Origin: Eubacteriales bacterium
GTDB lineage: Bacteria > Bacillota > Clostridia > Oscillospirales > CAG-272
Assembly: GCA_045653805.1 (NCBI GenBank)
Contig: JAZOMF010000079.1
Span: 5,327 to 69,326, forward strand
DNA length: 64,000 bases
Direction: 5' to 3'
The notes under the pieces are model-generated. The model had not been told where the DNA came from. It did no database searches and was given only the letters and a program-made list of their open reading frames with translations. The translations under genes and the position numbers were made by a program. Shown here piece by piece: positions 27,056 to 34,613 of the stretch (position 1 is the first letter of the stretch; each line of letters starts with the position of its first letter).

Positions 27056-28315
27056 ATGAGTGAAATAAATAATAGTGCAAAGACCGTTGCGGTCATTGGC
27101 GGCGGTGCTGCCGGAATGATGGCGGCGATACACGCGGCTTATATGGGGGCAGAGGTAATGCTCTTTGAGAAGAACGACCGCCTCGGTAAAAAGCTGAAGA
27201 TAACCGGCAAGGGAAGGTGCAACGTTACCAACGATTGCCCGACAAACGAGTTTTTGAATAACGTGCCCACTAATCCTCGTTTCCTTTACGCGGCTCTCAA
27301 CCGCTTTTCCACCTCGGATGCTATGGACTTTTTCGAGGGCTGCGGAGTGCCCTTGAAGGTGGAGCGAGGCAGACGAGTTTTCCCTGTGTCCGACAAGGCG
27401 GGAGACGTAGTCAAGGCGTTGAGCGACAGATGTCGCAACGTGGGTGTGCAGGTGATACACAATAAGATCACTGCTCTTGAAATAGAAGAGGGCAGAGTGA
27501 TAGGAGTTCGCACATGCGAGCGATTTTATGACTGTGACAGCGTGATAGTTTGTACGGGTGGTAAATCCTACCCCGCCACAGGCTCTGACGGCGATGGCTA
27601 CCGTTTTGCTCGTCAGGCAGGGCATACCGTCACCGAGCTTCGCCCATCTCTCGTGCCCATCGTTGCAGGTGGTAACCTTTGCCAGAGAATGCAAGGGCTT
27701 TCGCTGAAAAACGTTGCTCTTAAAGTGGTTCGCCGTGACAGTGGTAAGGCGGTCTACGATGATTTCGGTGAGATGATGTTCACCCACTTTGGTATGACAG
27801 GTCCCATGGTGCTTTCCGCCTCGGCGCACATTCCCGATATTGAAAAGGGGATATACGATGCGATCATAGACTTGAAGCCCGCCCTTGACGAGCAAGCAAT
27901 GGATACTCGCATAAGAGCAGACTTTGCGAAGTACAATAATAAGGATTTCGTCAATTCATTGGGCGATCTGCTGCCCTTAAAGGCAATCGAGCCTATAATC
28001 GACCTCTGCGGAATAGATCCTCGCAAAAAGGTCAACTCGATCACAAAGGAAGAGCGTAGAAAACTGCTTGAAGCTATTAAATATATGAGAATACCCCTCC
28101 AGCGCTTCCGTCCAATCGACGAAGCGATAATCACCAAGGGCGGCGTTGCCGTTACGGAGATCGACCCAAAAACCATGGCATCTAAGTTGGTATCGGGGCT
28201 CTATTTTGCAGGCGAGGTCCTCGACCTCGACGCCTATACCGGCGGCTTCAACCTCCAGATAGCCTATTCCACCCCCGTCCTTGCCGGCGAGAGCGCAGGG
28301 GAGAGCGGTGCGTAG
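27056..28315 (+). CDS. HI0933/BaiN-like NAD(P)/FAD-dependent oxidoreductase
   Basis: It has VAVIGGGAAGMMAA, KLKITGKGRCNVTN, TGGKSYPATGSDGDGY and YFAGEVLDLDAYTGGFNLQ. I prefer the ATG at 27056, immediately after the rpiR stop codon. Confidence 0.8.
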   Translation: MSEINNSAKTVAVIGGGAAGMMAAIHAAYMGAEVMLFEKNDRLGKKLKITGKGRCNVTNDCPTNEFLNNVPTNPRFLYAALNRFSTSDAMDFFEGCGVPLKVERGRRVFPVSDKAGDVVKALSDRCRNVGVQVIHNKITALEIEEGRVIGVRTCERFYDCDSVIVCTGGKSYPATGSDGDGYRFARQAGHTVTELRPSLVPIVAGGNLCQRMQGLSLKNVALKVVRRDSGKAVYDDFGEMMFTHFGMTGPMVLSASAHIPDIEKGIYDAIIDLKPALDEQAMDTRIRADFAKYNNKDFVNSLGDLLPLKAIEPIIDLCGIDPRKKVNSITKEERRKLLEAIKYMRIPLQRFRPIDEAIITKGGVAVTEIDPKTMASKLVSGLYFAGEVLDLDAYTGGFNLQIAYSTPVLAGESAGESGA

Positions 28316-28326
28316 CACCGCAGTTC

Positions 28327-28492
28327 TATTCGCCTTTGGCGAGTGATATTGCTTCGCAGTGATATTCGTCTTGCGACGAGTGATATTTGCTACGCAAGTT
28401 TTGGCGGCGAATAGAATATCACTGTTCGGCAACGACGAACAATATCACTTTCCAAAAGGAAAATATCACTGTTGCGAAGCAACAATATCACT
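28327..28492. repeat. Array of a 9-mer: three AGTGATATT followed by four copies of its exact reverse complement AATATCACT, interleaved with short variable hairpins
   Basis: AGTGATATT occurs at 28342, 28358 and 28379. AATATCACT occurs at 28415, 28441, 28462 and 28484. A 9-bp outer pairing CTATTCGCC (28327) / GGCGAATAG (28406) is also present. The array is intergenic between the flavoprotein gene and cmk. Confidence 0.85.
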
Positions 28493-28557
28493 TTTCAATT
28501 ACCCCTACAAATCAAAATTTGAAGAATTGAAATTATAAAATAAAGGAACAAACAATC

Positions 28558-29241
28558 ATGAAAAAATTCGCAGTAGCAATAGACGGCCCAGGCGGAGCGG
28601 GTAAATCTACCATTTCCAAGGAGATCGCAAAGCGCCTCGGCATTATCTACGTTGATACCGGCGCTGTCTATCGTACCGTAGGCTATTATGCCCGTGAAAA
28701 CGGTCTTTCCGTAGAGGATAGCAAGGTCAGTGAGCTTATCACCCCCCTGCTCGATCAAATAAATATCGAAATAGCATACGTTGACGGCGCACAGCACGTC
28801 ATTCTCAACGGCGAGGATTTGGGCGACAAGATCCGTCAGCCCGACATCTCTATGTACGCCTCGGCTTGCTCCTCTGTGGCAACGGTTAGAGCGTTTTTGC
28901 TGGAAGCCCAGAAGAAGCTGGCGAGAGAGAACAGTGTCATTATGGACGGACGTGACATCGGTACGGTTATCCTCCCCGATGCAGAGGTGAAGATATTCCT
29001 CACCGCCTCCGATGAGGCAAGAGCCACCCGCCGTTATAAGGAGCTTACCGAAAAGGGCAAGGAGGTTAAATATGAGGACGTTCTCCGTGAGCTTGTAGAG
29101 CGCGACAGAGCCGACTCCAGCCGCGCGGTAGCACCCCTCAAGCCCGCAGACGATGCTCACATTTTCGATAACTCCGGATATAACTTTGAGGAATCAGTAG
29201 AGTATATCATTAATCATATTAAGGGAAAAATCGGAGCATAA
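28558..29241 (+). CDS. cmk: Cytidylate kinase
   Basis: It has IAIDGPGGAGKSTISK, DTGAVYR and MDGRDIGTVILPDA motifs. Confidence 0.9.
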   Translation: MKKFAVAIDGPGGAGKSTISKEIAKRLGIIYVDTGAVYRTVGYYARENGLSVEDSKVSELITPLLDQINIEIAYVDGAQHVILNGEDLGDKIRQPDISMYASACSSVATVRAFLLEAQKKLARENSVIMDGRDIGTVILPDAEVKIFLTASDEARATRRYKELTEKGKEVKYEDVLRELVERDRADSSRAVAPLKPADDAHIFDNSGYNFEESVEYIINHIKGKIGA

Positions 29242-29246
29242 GAGAC

Positions 29247-29888
29247 ATGAAAACAAAGTTTTATATTTTCATAAGAGCTATCGTAGGCCCTCTTGCAACC
29301 TTTCTTTTCAGAATTAAGTTTCATGGCGCAGAGAATGAGCCGACCCAAGAGGAAGGCCCGTATATCGTCATCTGCAACCATATCTCCAATCCCGACCCCG
29401 TAATGATCTGCTCGGGACTTAAACATCAGCAGCCCAACTATATGGCTAAAAAGGAGCTTTTTAAGGTACCACTCTTGGGTCGCCTTGTAAAGGCTTTGGG
29501 CGCATATCCCGTAAACCGTGGCGGTGCTGACGTTTCGGCTATCAAGAACACTATTTCCATACTCAAAAGCGGCAGATGCGTGGGAATCTTCCCACAGGGT
29601 CACCGCGAGCCGGGCAAGACTCCTATGGAGGCAGACCTCAAGACAGGTGCGGCTATGGTGGCAGTTAAGGCGGAGGCTACTATTTTCCCTTGTTGCATAA
29701 AGACAAAGGATAATAAATTCAAGCTTTTCAGAAAAATCGACGTTTATTACGGCAAGCCCATCAAATTCGAGGAACTGGGATATAACCACGAGGCTTCCGG
29801 TGAGTATATCAGAATAACCAATCTTATCTTCGACAGAGTTTGTGACCTCTACCGCGCGGCGGAGGAGGCAGAGAAGAGTGGTAAGTGA
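29247..29888 (+). CDS. plsC: 1-acyl-sn-glycerol-3-phosphate acyltransferase
   Basis: It has the NHISNPDP (HX4D) motif, FPQGHR and a length typical of the AGPAT family. Confidence 0.8.
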   Translation: MKTKFYIFIRAIVGPLATFLFRIKFHGAENEPTQEEGPYIVICNHISNPDPVMICSGLKHQQPNYMAKKELFKVPLLGRLVKALGAYPVNRGGADVSAIKNTISILKSGRCVGIFPQGHREPGKTPMEADLKTGAAMVAVKAEATIFPCCIKTKDNKFKLFRKIDVYYGKPIKFEELGYNHEASGEYIRITNLIFDRVCDLYRAAEEAEKSGK

Positions 29889-31914
29889 TATTAAAGTAAC
29901 GGTGGCAAAATCCGCAGGCTTCTGCTTCGGCGTGGCCCGTGCGGCGAGTGCCGTTGAAAATGAGATCAAAACCGCTCGCGCCGGCGAGCGCATCTTTACC
30001 CTCGGCAAGCTTATTCACAACGATACCTACAACGCGCGTCTGGCTTCAACGGGCGTTGGCGTTGCAGAGGTCCACGATATCGAAAAGCTTTGTGCCCAGG
30101 CGAGGGAAGATGCACCTGTGAAGATCTTCGTAAGAGCTCACGGTATCACCAAGGAGACCGAGGATCTGCTCATTAAATGTGCAAAGGAAAATCAGCATTT
30201 TTCCTTCGTTGATTGCACCTGTGTTTTCGTGCAGAAGATACACAAAATCGTTGAGGAAAATAATGATCCCGATGGACTTTTATTGGTGCTGGGAAGTGCC
30301 GATCATCCCGAGGTAAAAGGATTTTGCTCAAGGTTTTTGGGCAGAGTTTTCGCCTTTGAAAAGGCAGAGGAGTTGGAAAGAGCAGTAGCATTAGAACAAG
30401 AAAATTTTGTGTGCACAAAAGCACCAATTTTGGTTGCTCAAACTACCCAAAATTTGGTAGAATGGGAGAAAACTAAAAAATTTACAAAATATCTATATAC
30501 TAATGCTGCAATTTATGATACAATATGTAATGTTACGGAAAAACGGCAGACAGAGGCGGCAGAACTATCAAGGCAAAATGACCTTATGGTCGTAATTGGC
30601 AGTAAGGGAAGCTCAAATTCCGCAAAGCTTTACGCGATTTGTAAGGCGGAATGCAGGAATGCCATTATGATAGAAAATGTCGAGGAATTGAAGCCGCTCA
30701 TTCCGTTCATCCACGAAAAAGTGGGAATCGTAGCGGGAGCGTCAACTCCCCACGATATAATTCAGGAGGTAGAAAAAACCATGAGCAAAGAGAATTTTGC
30801 AGAACTTCTCGAAACATCTTTCAAAACTTTAAATACAGGAGACGTTGTTACCGGCTATGTAACCGCAGTTAACGATACCGAGCTTCAGCTTGACATCGGC
30901 GCAAAGGTTACAGGAATCATCAAGGCAGATAAGATAACAGATGATCCTTCTGCTAAGCTTACTGAGATGTTCAAGATCGGTGACGCTGTTGAGGCGTTTG
31001 TAGTACGTGTTAGCGATGTTGACGGCTTCGCAACACTTGACAAGAAGAGAGTAGACTCCGACAGAAACTGGGGTAAGATCGTTGCAGCTAAGGAAGCTGG
31101 CGAGATCCTTGAGGGTACCGTAATCGAGACCGTTAAGGGCAACGTAGGTGTTATCGTTCTTTGCGACAGCACTCGCGTATTTATCCACGCTTCTCAGACC
31201 GGCACTCCCAAGAATTCCAACCTCTCCGAGATGATCGGTAAGACCGTAAGCTTCAGACTTACTGAGGTTGAAAACAAGAAGGCAAAGGGCTCCATCAGCT
31301 CCGTTCTCCGTGAGGAGAGAAAGAAGGCTGAGGCTGAGTTCTGGGCAAACATCGAAGAGGGCAAGCAGTACACCGGTACTGTTAAGAGCATGACTTCCTT
31401 CGGCGCATTTGTAGACCTTGGCGGTGTAGACGGTATGGTACACACCACAGAGCTTTCTTGGAAGAGAGTTAAGTCTCCTGCAGACGTAGTTGCTATCGGT
31501 GACGTTATCACTGTTACCGTTAAGAGCTTCGATGCAGAGAAGAAGAGAATTTCTCTTACATACAAGACCGAGGAGAACAATCCTTGGAACATCTTCAAGG
31601 CTAACTATGCAGTTGGCGACATCGTTTCCGTAAAGATCGTTAGCATGATGCCCTTCGGCGCTTTTGCAGAGATCGTTGACGGCGTAGATGGACTTATCCA
31701 CATTTCTCAGATCTCCATGACCAAGATCGCAAAGCCCGCAGACGTTCTTGAGATCGGTCAGACCGTAGATGCAAAGATCGTTGAGGTTGATGATGAGAAG
31801 AAGAAGGTTAACCTTTCCATCAGAGTTCTCCTTGAGGAGGCTCAGGCTCTTCTCGAGGCTATGCCCGAGGAAGAAGCAGCTGAAGAGGTTGCTGAGGCAG
31901 CAGACGCTGAATAA
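29878..31914 (+). CDS. ispH: Bifunctional 4-hydroxy-3-methylbut-2-enyl diphosphate reductase (IspH/LytB) / ribosomal protein S1 domain fusion
   Basis: The N-terminal 280 aa are IspH-like (AKSAGFCFGV, VRAHG, VGSKGSSNS). Four S1 repeats follow (GDVVTGYV..., GTVIE..., GTVKSMTSFGAFVDLG, GDIVSVKIVSMMPFGAFAEI). The start is uncertain: the GTG at 29878 is preferred over the ATG at 29842, which lies deep inside plsC. Confidence 0.85.
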   Translation: MVSDIKVTVAKSAGFCFGVARAASAVENEIKTARAGERIFTLGKLIHNDTYNARLASTGVGVAEVHDIEKLCAQAREDAPVKIFVRAHGITKETEDLLIKCAKENQHFSFVDCTCVFVQKIHKIVEENNDPDGLLLVLGSADHPEVKGFCSRFLGRVFAFEKAEELERAVALEQENFVCTKAPILVAQTTQNLVEWEKTKKFTKYLYTNAAIYDTICNVTEKRQTEAAELSRQNDLMVVIGSKGSSNSAKLYAICKAECRNAIMIENVEELKPLIPFIHEKVGIVAGASTPHDIIQEVEKTMSKENFAELLETSFKTLNTGDVVTGYVTAVNDTELQLDIGAKVTGIIKADKITDDPSAKLTEMFKIGDAVEAFVVRVSDVDGFATLDKKRVDSDRNWGKIVAAKEAGEILEGTVIETVKGNVGVIVLCDSTRVFIHASQTGTPKNSNLSEMIGKTVSFRLTEVENKKAKGSISSVLREERKKAEAEFWANIEEGKQYTGTVKSMTSFGAFVDLGGVDGMVHTTELSWKRVKSPADVVAIGDVITVTVKSFDAEKKRISLTYKTEENNPWNIFKANYAVGDIVSVKIVSMMPFGAFAEIVDGVDGLIHISQISMTKIAKPADVLEIGQTVDAKIVEVDDEKKKVNLSIRVLLEEAQALLEAMPEEEAAEEVAEAADAE

Positions 31915-31937
31915 TGCTTTGAATTATGATAATAAAA

Positions 31938-31964
31938 CCCGAGGAAAAATCCTCGGGTTTTTTG
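31938..31964 (+). terminator. Rho-independent terminator after ispH-rpsA
   Basis: CCCGAGGA AAAA TCCTCGGG followed by TTTTTT. Confidence 0.85.
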
Positions 31965-31991
31965 TATTTCAATAAAGGGGACAAACAAAAA

Positions 31992-32019
31992 GCCCTTCAC
32001 CGAGGTGAGGGGCTTTTTT
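31992..32019 (-). terminator. Rho-independent terminator for the convergent minus-strand gene (usable on both strands)
   Basis: GCCCTTCACC GAG GGTGAGGGGC with an A-run on one side and a T-run on the other. Confidence 0.75.
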
Positions 32020-32028
32020 GATACAAAA

Positions 32029-33105
32029 TTAAATGCTGCCGTAAAGCTTGTGGCGCTCGGTAAGGTAGTTAACGTCCTTAGCAAGCACGGAACTGTTTAC
32101 GTTAGACTTTCTCAAGAGAGCATTCTGCTCAGTAACACCGGTGCGGAGAGCGTCTGCCTGAGCGGAAGCGGCTGCAGAAGCCTCTCGGATAGCATGTACG
32201 GTAGAAGCATTGCTCTTTTCGATTCTGCTGCCAAGAGCCTCCATATGTGCGCCAATCTGTGCGCCCAGCATGCCGATGCTGTCGGTAAGAGTACGCTGAA
32301 CCTCCTTGGAGGCGTTGTCGATAGCCGAGAGAATATCCTGATGACGGAGCTCTGCGCCAAGGATCTCAAGCGCCTTAGGAAGAGTGTCTGCACGGTTGGT
32401 TTCGTAAACGTAAATAAGGTAGTCTACGTTGCCCCAGTCGCGGTTGTCAAGAGTGTCGTTGTAGTTTGCGTAGGTCGCATCGTAAAGAGCCTTGCTCTTT
32501 TCAGCACAATCCTTACAGATAGCCTTGAATTCGGTGTAGTACTGATCATATTCAGCCTCTTCCTTTGCCAGCTCTGCGGAAAGGGCATCAAGCTCGGCCT
32601 TGCGCTCGTTAAGTTGCTTATCAAGGGACATGAGCTCGTTGAGAACAAGCTTGCGCGCACCCTTGGAGAGCCCCTTTTTCAAAAGGTTGATGCCGACGAT
32701 AAGCATAGCAAAAATAATACCGAATCCGATGAAAAATCCCGCAAGCGCAATGGCTAAATTACCAAAGCTCATAACGAGAGCCAATATAAATGTAAAGGGA
32801 AGTATAGACAACAAGCTGACTACAGAAAGAACAGCGCCGATAATAATATTGCGGATCATAGCTGCTTTATCTATGGCTGCCTTGGCATCAAGCAATTTCT
32901 TCTTTGCAGAAAGGTCATCGTATCTCCTCTGGAGATCATTTTTGCGATATTGCTTAAGCTCAATGCTCTCGCGCATGCCGCTTTCTTTACTTTCTGCAGC
33001 TCTCAGGCGGTCAGCCTCATCCGAAAGCATGGAAAGGCAGGTCTTAAGACCGTATAGCCCGATTACAAATTCTTTGTTAGCATCTGTCATAGTGTTAAAT
33101 GACAT
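32029..33105 (-). CDS. Hypothetical membrane protein with flanking coiled-coil regions
   Basis: It has a strong RBS (GAGGAGGAAACAAACT-ATG) and its own promoter. A central block of about 90 aa holds 3-4 hydrophobic helices (IIIGAVLSVVSLLSILPFTFILALVMSFGNLAIALAGFFIGFGIIFAMLIVGINLL) between charged, heptad-like segments. I recognise no family. Confidence 0.6.
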   Translation of the reverse strand: MSFNTMTDANKEFVIGLYGLKTCLSMLSDEADRLRAAESKESGMRESIELKQYRKNDLQRRYDDLSAKKKLLDAKAAIDKAAMIRNIIIGAVLSVVSLLSILPFTFILALVMSFGNLAIALAGFFIGFGIIFAMLIVGINLLKKGLSKGARKLVLNELMSLDKQLNERKAELDALSAELAKEEAEYDQYYTEFKAICKDCAEKSKALYDATYANYNDTLDNRDWGNVDYLIYVYETNRADTLPKALEILGAELRHQDILSAIDNASKEVQRTLTDSIGMLGAQIGAHMEALGSRIEKSNASTVHAIREASAAASAQADALRTGVTEQNALLRKSNVNSSVLAKDVNYLTERHKLYGSI

Positions 33106-33165
33106 AGTTTGTTTCCTCCTCGTGTCTGAAAGCGGAATAAATCTACCCGCGCATATATTAATTTT

Positions 33166-33194
33166 AGTATAGCATATATAGAAGTTTTTGTCAA
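33166..33194 (-). promoter_or_regulatory. Sigma-A type promoter for the 358-aa membrane protein gene
   Basis: On the minus strand: TTGACA (33194-33189), a 17-nt spacer, then TATACT (33171-33166). Confidence 0.55.
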
Positions 33195-33289
33195 CTTATC
33201 TGCCAAATTTTAGCGATAATTTAATTGAACTTGTGCGTTTTACGGCATATTGTATAAAAAATTAATTCTAACTTTTTTTCTGAAACCTA

Positions 33290-33318
33290 TTGCATTTTAT
33301 AAAACTTTGTGATATAAT
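33290..33318 (+). promoter_or_regulatory. Sigma-A type promoter for tRNA-Val
   Basis: TTGCAT (33290-33295), a 17-nt spacer ending in TGTGA, then TATAAT (33313-33318), about 17 nt upstream of the tRNA 5' end. Confidence 0.65.
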
Positions 33319-33335
33319 ATCAAAGTCGTCAATAC

Positions 33336-33412
33336 GGAGGCATAGCTCAGTTGGTTAGAGTACTTGCTTGACATGCAAGGGGTCGCAGATTCGAGTTCTG
33401 CTGTCTCCACCA
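33336..33412 (+). tRNA. tRNA-Val (anticodon GAC), CCA encoded
   Basis: Cloverleaf read by eye. The acceptor is GGAGGCA/TGTCTCC, the D-arm AGCTCAGTTGGTTAGAGT, the anticodon arm CTTGC-TTGACAT-GCAAG and the T-arm GCAGATTCGAGTTCTGC, with a terminal ACCA. Confidence 0.9.
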
Positions 33413-33493
33413 AAAAGAAAAAAGAGGGTTTAGGCTCGTTCTCATAAGGATATTTAACACAATGTTTGTAGGGGTCGACGTCCTCGGCGACCC
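33412..33493. repeat. Left arm of an imperfect inverted repeat of about 82 bp, starting at the last base of tRNA-Val
   Basis: AAAAAGAAAAAAGAGGG ... TTCTCATAAGGAT ... TTGTAGGGGTCGACGTCCTCGGCGACCC. The reverse complement recurs at 34366-34448. The outer 17 nt and the inner 28 nt are identical, and the middle is diverged. Confidence 0.8.
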
Positions 33494-33803
33494 GCAATAT
33501 ACAAATTTCGGCAGAGAACTTGTTTTCTCTGCCGATTTGTGTTATAATGGGGTTAGCAAAAAGCCTCCCTCCGAGAGGGAGGTGGCACGGCATAGCCGTG
33601 ACGGAAGGAGCCTGCGTAACTTGGGGCTTGTGCTTACTTTATTGTAACGCACTCTCCCTCACCCGACTTTGTCGGGAGCTCCCTCCCGGAGGGAGCCTTT
33701 GGGTTCGTGCAACCTCAGGGGTATGGGCTTTGCCCGATGTGCCTTTGTAATACAAAGGCGAAACTTGCGATAAATAGATTTAAGTTTATGATAGGGGATA
33801 TTT

Positions 33804-34292
33804 ATGACGAGAACCAATATTTTGGCTTCTATGCTATATCGAATAGCGGTAAGTTTAAAAAACATGAACTTCAGCAAATTAGTATGGAAACATAATCGAG
33901 AAAAATTGATATCTACTCTTTCCGCAATGCAATTCATCACCGGGTGTATTGGCTTAAAAAACATATCTCTTACACAAACCGAAGAAATTATTTCCATTTT
34001 ATCCACATCGTACGGTTGCTACAAAGATGAGCTTTCAAATTCCTTAAAAGAGGCTACCGCTATGTCTGATTATTCTGATGAATACGAAGAATTGCTTTTT
34101 GATATGCATTTTATCTTATCCGAATGTATCAATAACGCAGTAGAAAGAAAAAAAGGTTATGTTAGCACTATTAGTCGATATATAAAGGCTTTTCATAATT
34201 ATCCGAGAGCTTTTTTGTCACTTGATGATAAATCAAAGATTTCTCCCACAGATGCCATTGAATATTCAAAATCATATTTGAAACTTGATTAA
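33804..34292 (+). CDS. Hypothetical 162-aa protein (no recognisable family)
   Basis: It has an AGGGGA RBS 6 nt upstream of the ATG and a terminator immediately downstream. It is AT-rich and lies inside the inverted-repeat-bounded cassette. Confidence 0.5.
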   Translation: MTRTNILASMLYRIAVSLKNMNFSKLVWKHNREKLISTLSAMQFITGCIGLKNISLTQTEEIISILSTSYGCYKDELSNSLKEATAMSDYSDEYEELLFDMHFILSECINNAVERKKGYVSTISRYIKAFHNYPRAFLSLDDKSKISPTDAIEYSKSYLKLD

Positions 34293-34299
34293 AGATTAA

Positions 34300-34340
34300 C
34301 CCCGGCAGACAAAAATCTGTCGGGGTTATCTCTTTGTTTT
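34300..34340 (+). terminator. Rho-independent terminator after the 162-aa ORF
   Basis: CCCCGGCAGA CAAAAA TCTGTCGGGG (one G-T pair) followed by a T-rich tract. Confidence 0.7.
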
Positions 34341-34365
34341 CTGTGGATCAATTTTGGGTCTTAAC

Positions 34366-34448
34366 GGGTCGCCGAGGACGTCGACCCCTACAAGGAGGAA
34401 TCCAACATCCTTATGAGAAGTAGCCTTTATCCCTCTTTTTTCTTTTTG
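34366..34448. repeat. Right arm of the inverted repeat (partner of 33412-33493)
   Basis: GGGTCGCCGAGGACGTCGACCCCTACAA ... ATCCTTATGAGAA ... CCCTCTTTTTTCTTTTT is the reverse complement of the left arm. Confidence 0.8.
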
Positions 34449-34613
34449 CCGAAAGCAAAAACAACGAAGAATCTCTCAAATGCTTGCATTTGACCGCTTT
34501 GCGGAATTGTAACGTTTATATAAATTTGGATACTTCTGCGAAAAAAAGGAAGATTTAACAGAAATTTAATAAAAATATGTTATAGTGTAAAAAATGATAA
34601 AAAAGGAGTCCTT

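Noticed and set aside
28327-28492. The possibility that the 9-mer array (and the one at 36826-36990) is a CRISPR array
   Set aside because: The conserved units are only 7-9 nt. The spacers are 8-30 nt self-complementary hairpins. The polarity inverts mid-array, and no cas genes are present. This is not CRISPR architecture.
29878-31914. The IspH fused to four S1 domains as a novel fusion
   Set aside because: This bifunctional IspH/ribosomal protein S1 arrangement downstream of cmk is a well-known feature of many Clostridia, so it is annotated but not treated as a finding.
32005-33172. Plus-strand ORFs 32005-32757 and 32600-33172, which overlap the 358-aa minus-strand gene
   Set aside because: They lack an RBS and promoter and have an unnatural composition. 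The minus-strand frame has a consensus promoter, a GAGGAGG RBS, a coherent transmembrane/coiled-coil organisation and a terminator.
33585-33625. GACGGAAGGAGCC resembles the GGAAGGAAGC core of the SRP (4.5S/scRNA) domain IV
   Set aside because: The flanking conserved SRP sequence (CAGGUCCGGAAGGAAGCAGC and the symmetric loop partner) is absent. The surrounding hairpins do not reproduce the SRP helix 8 layout. The resemblance is probably coincidental.
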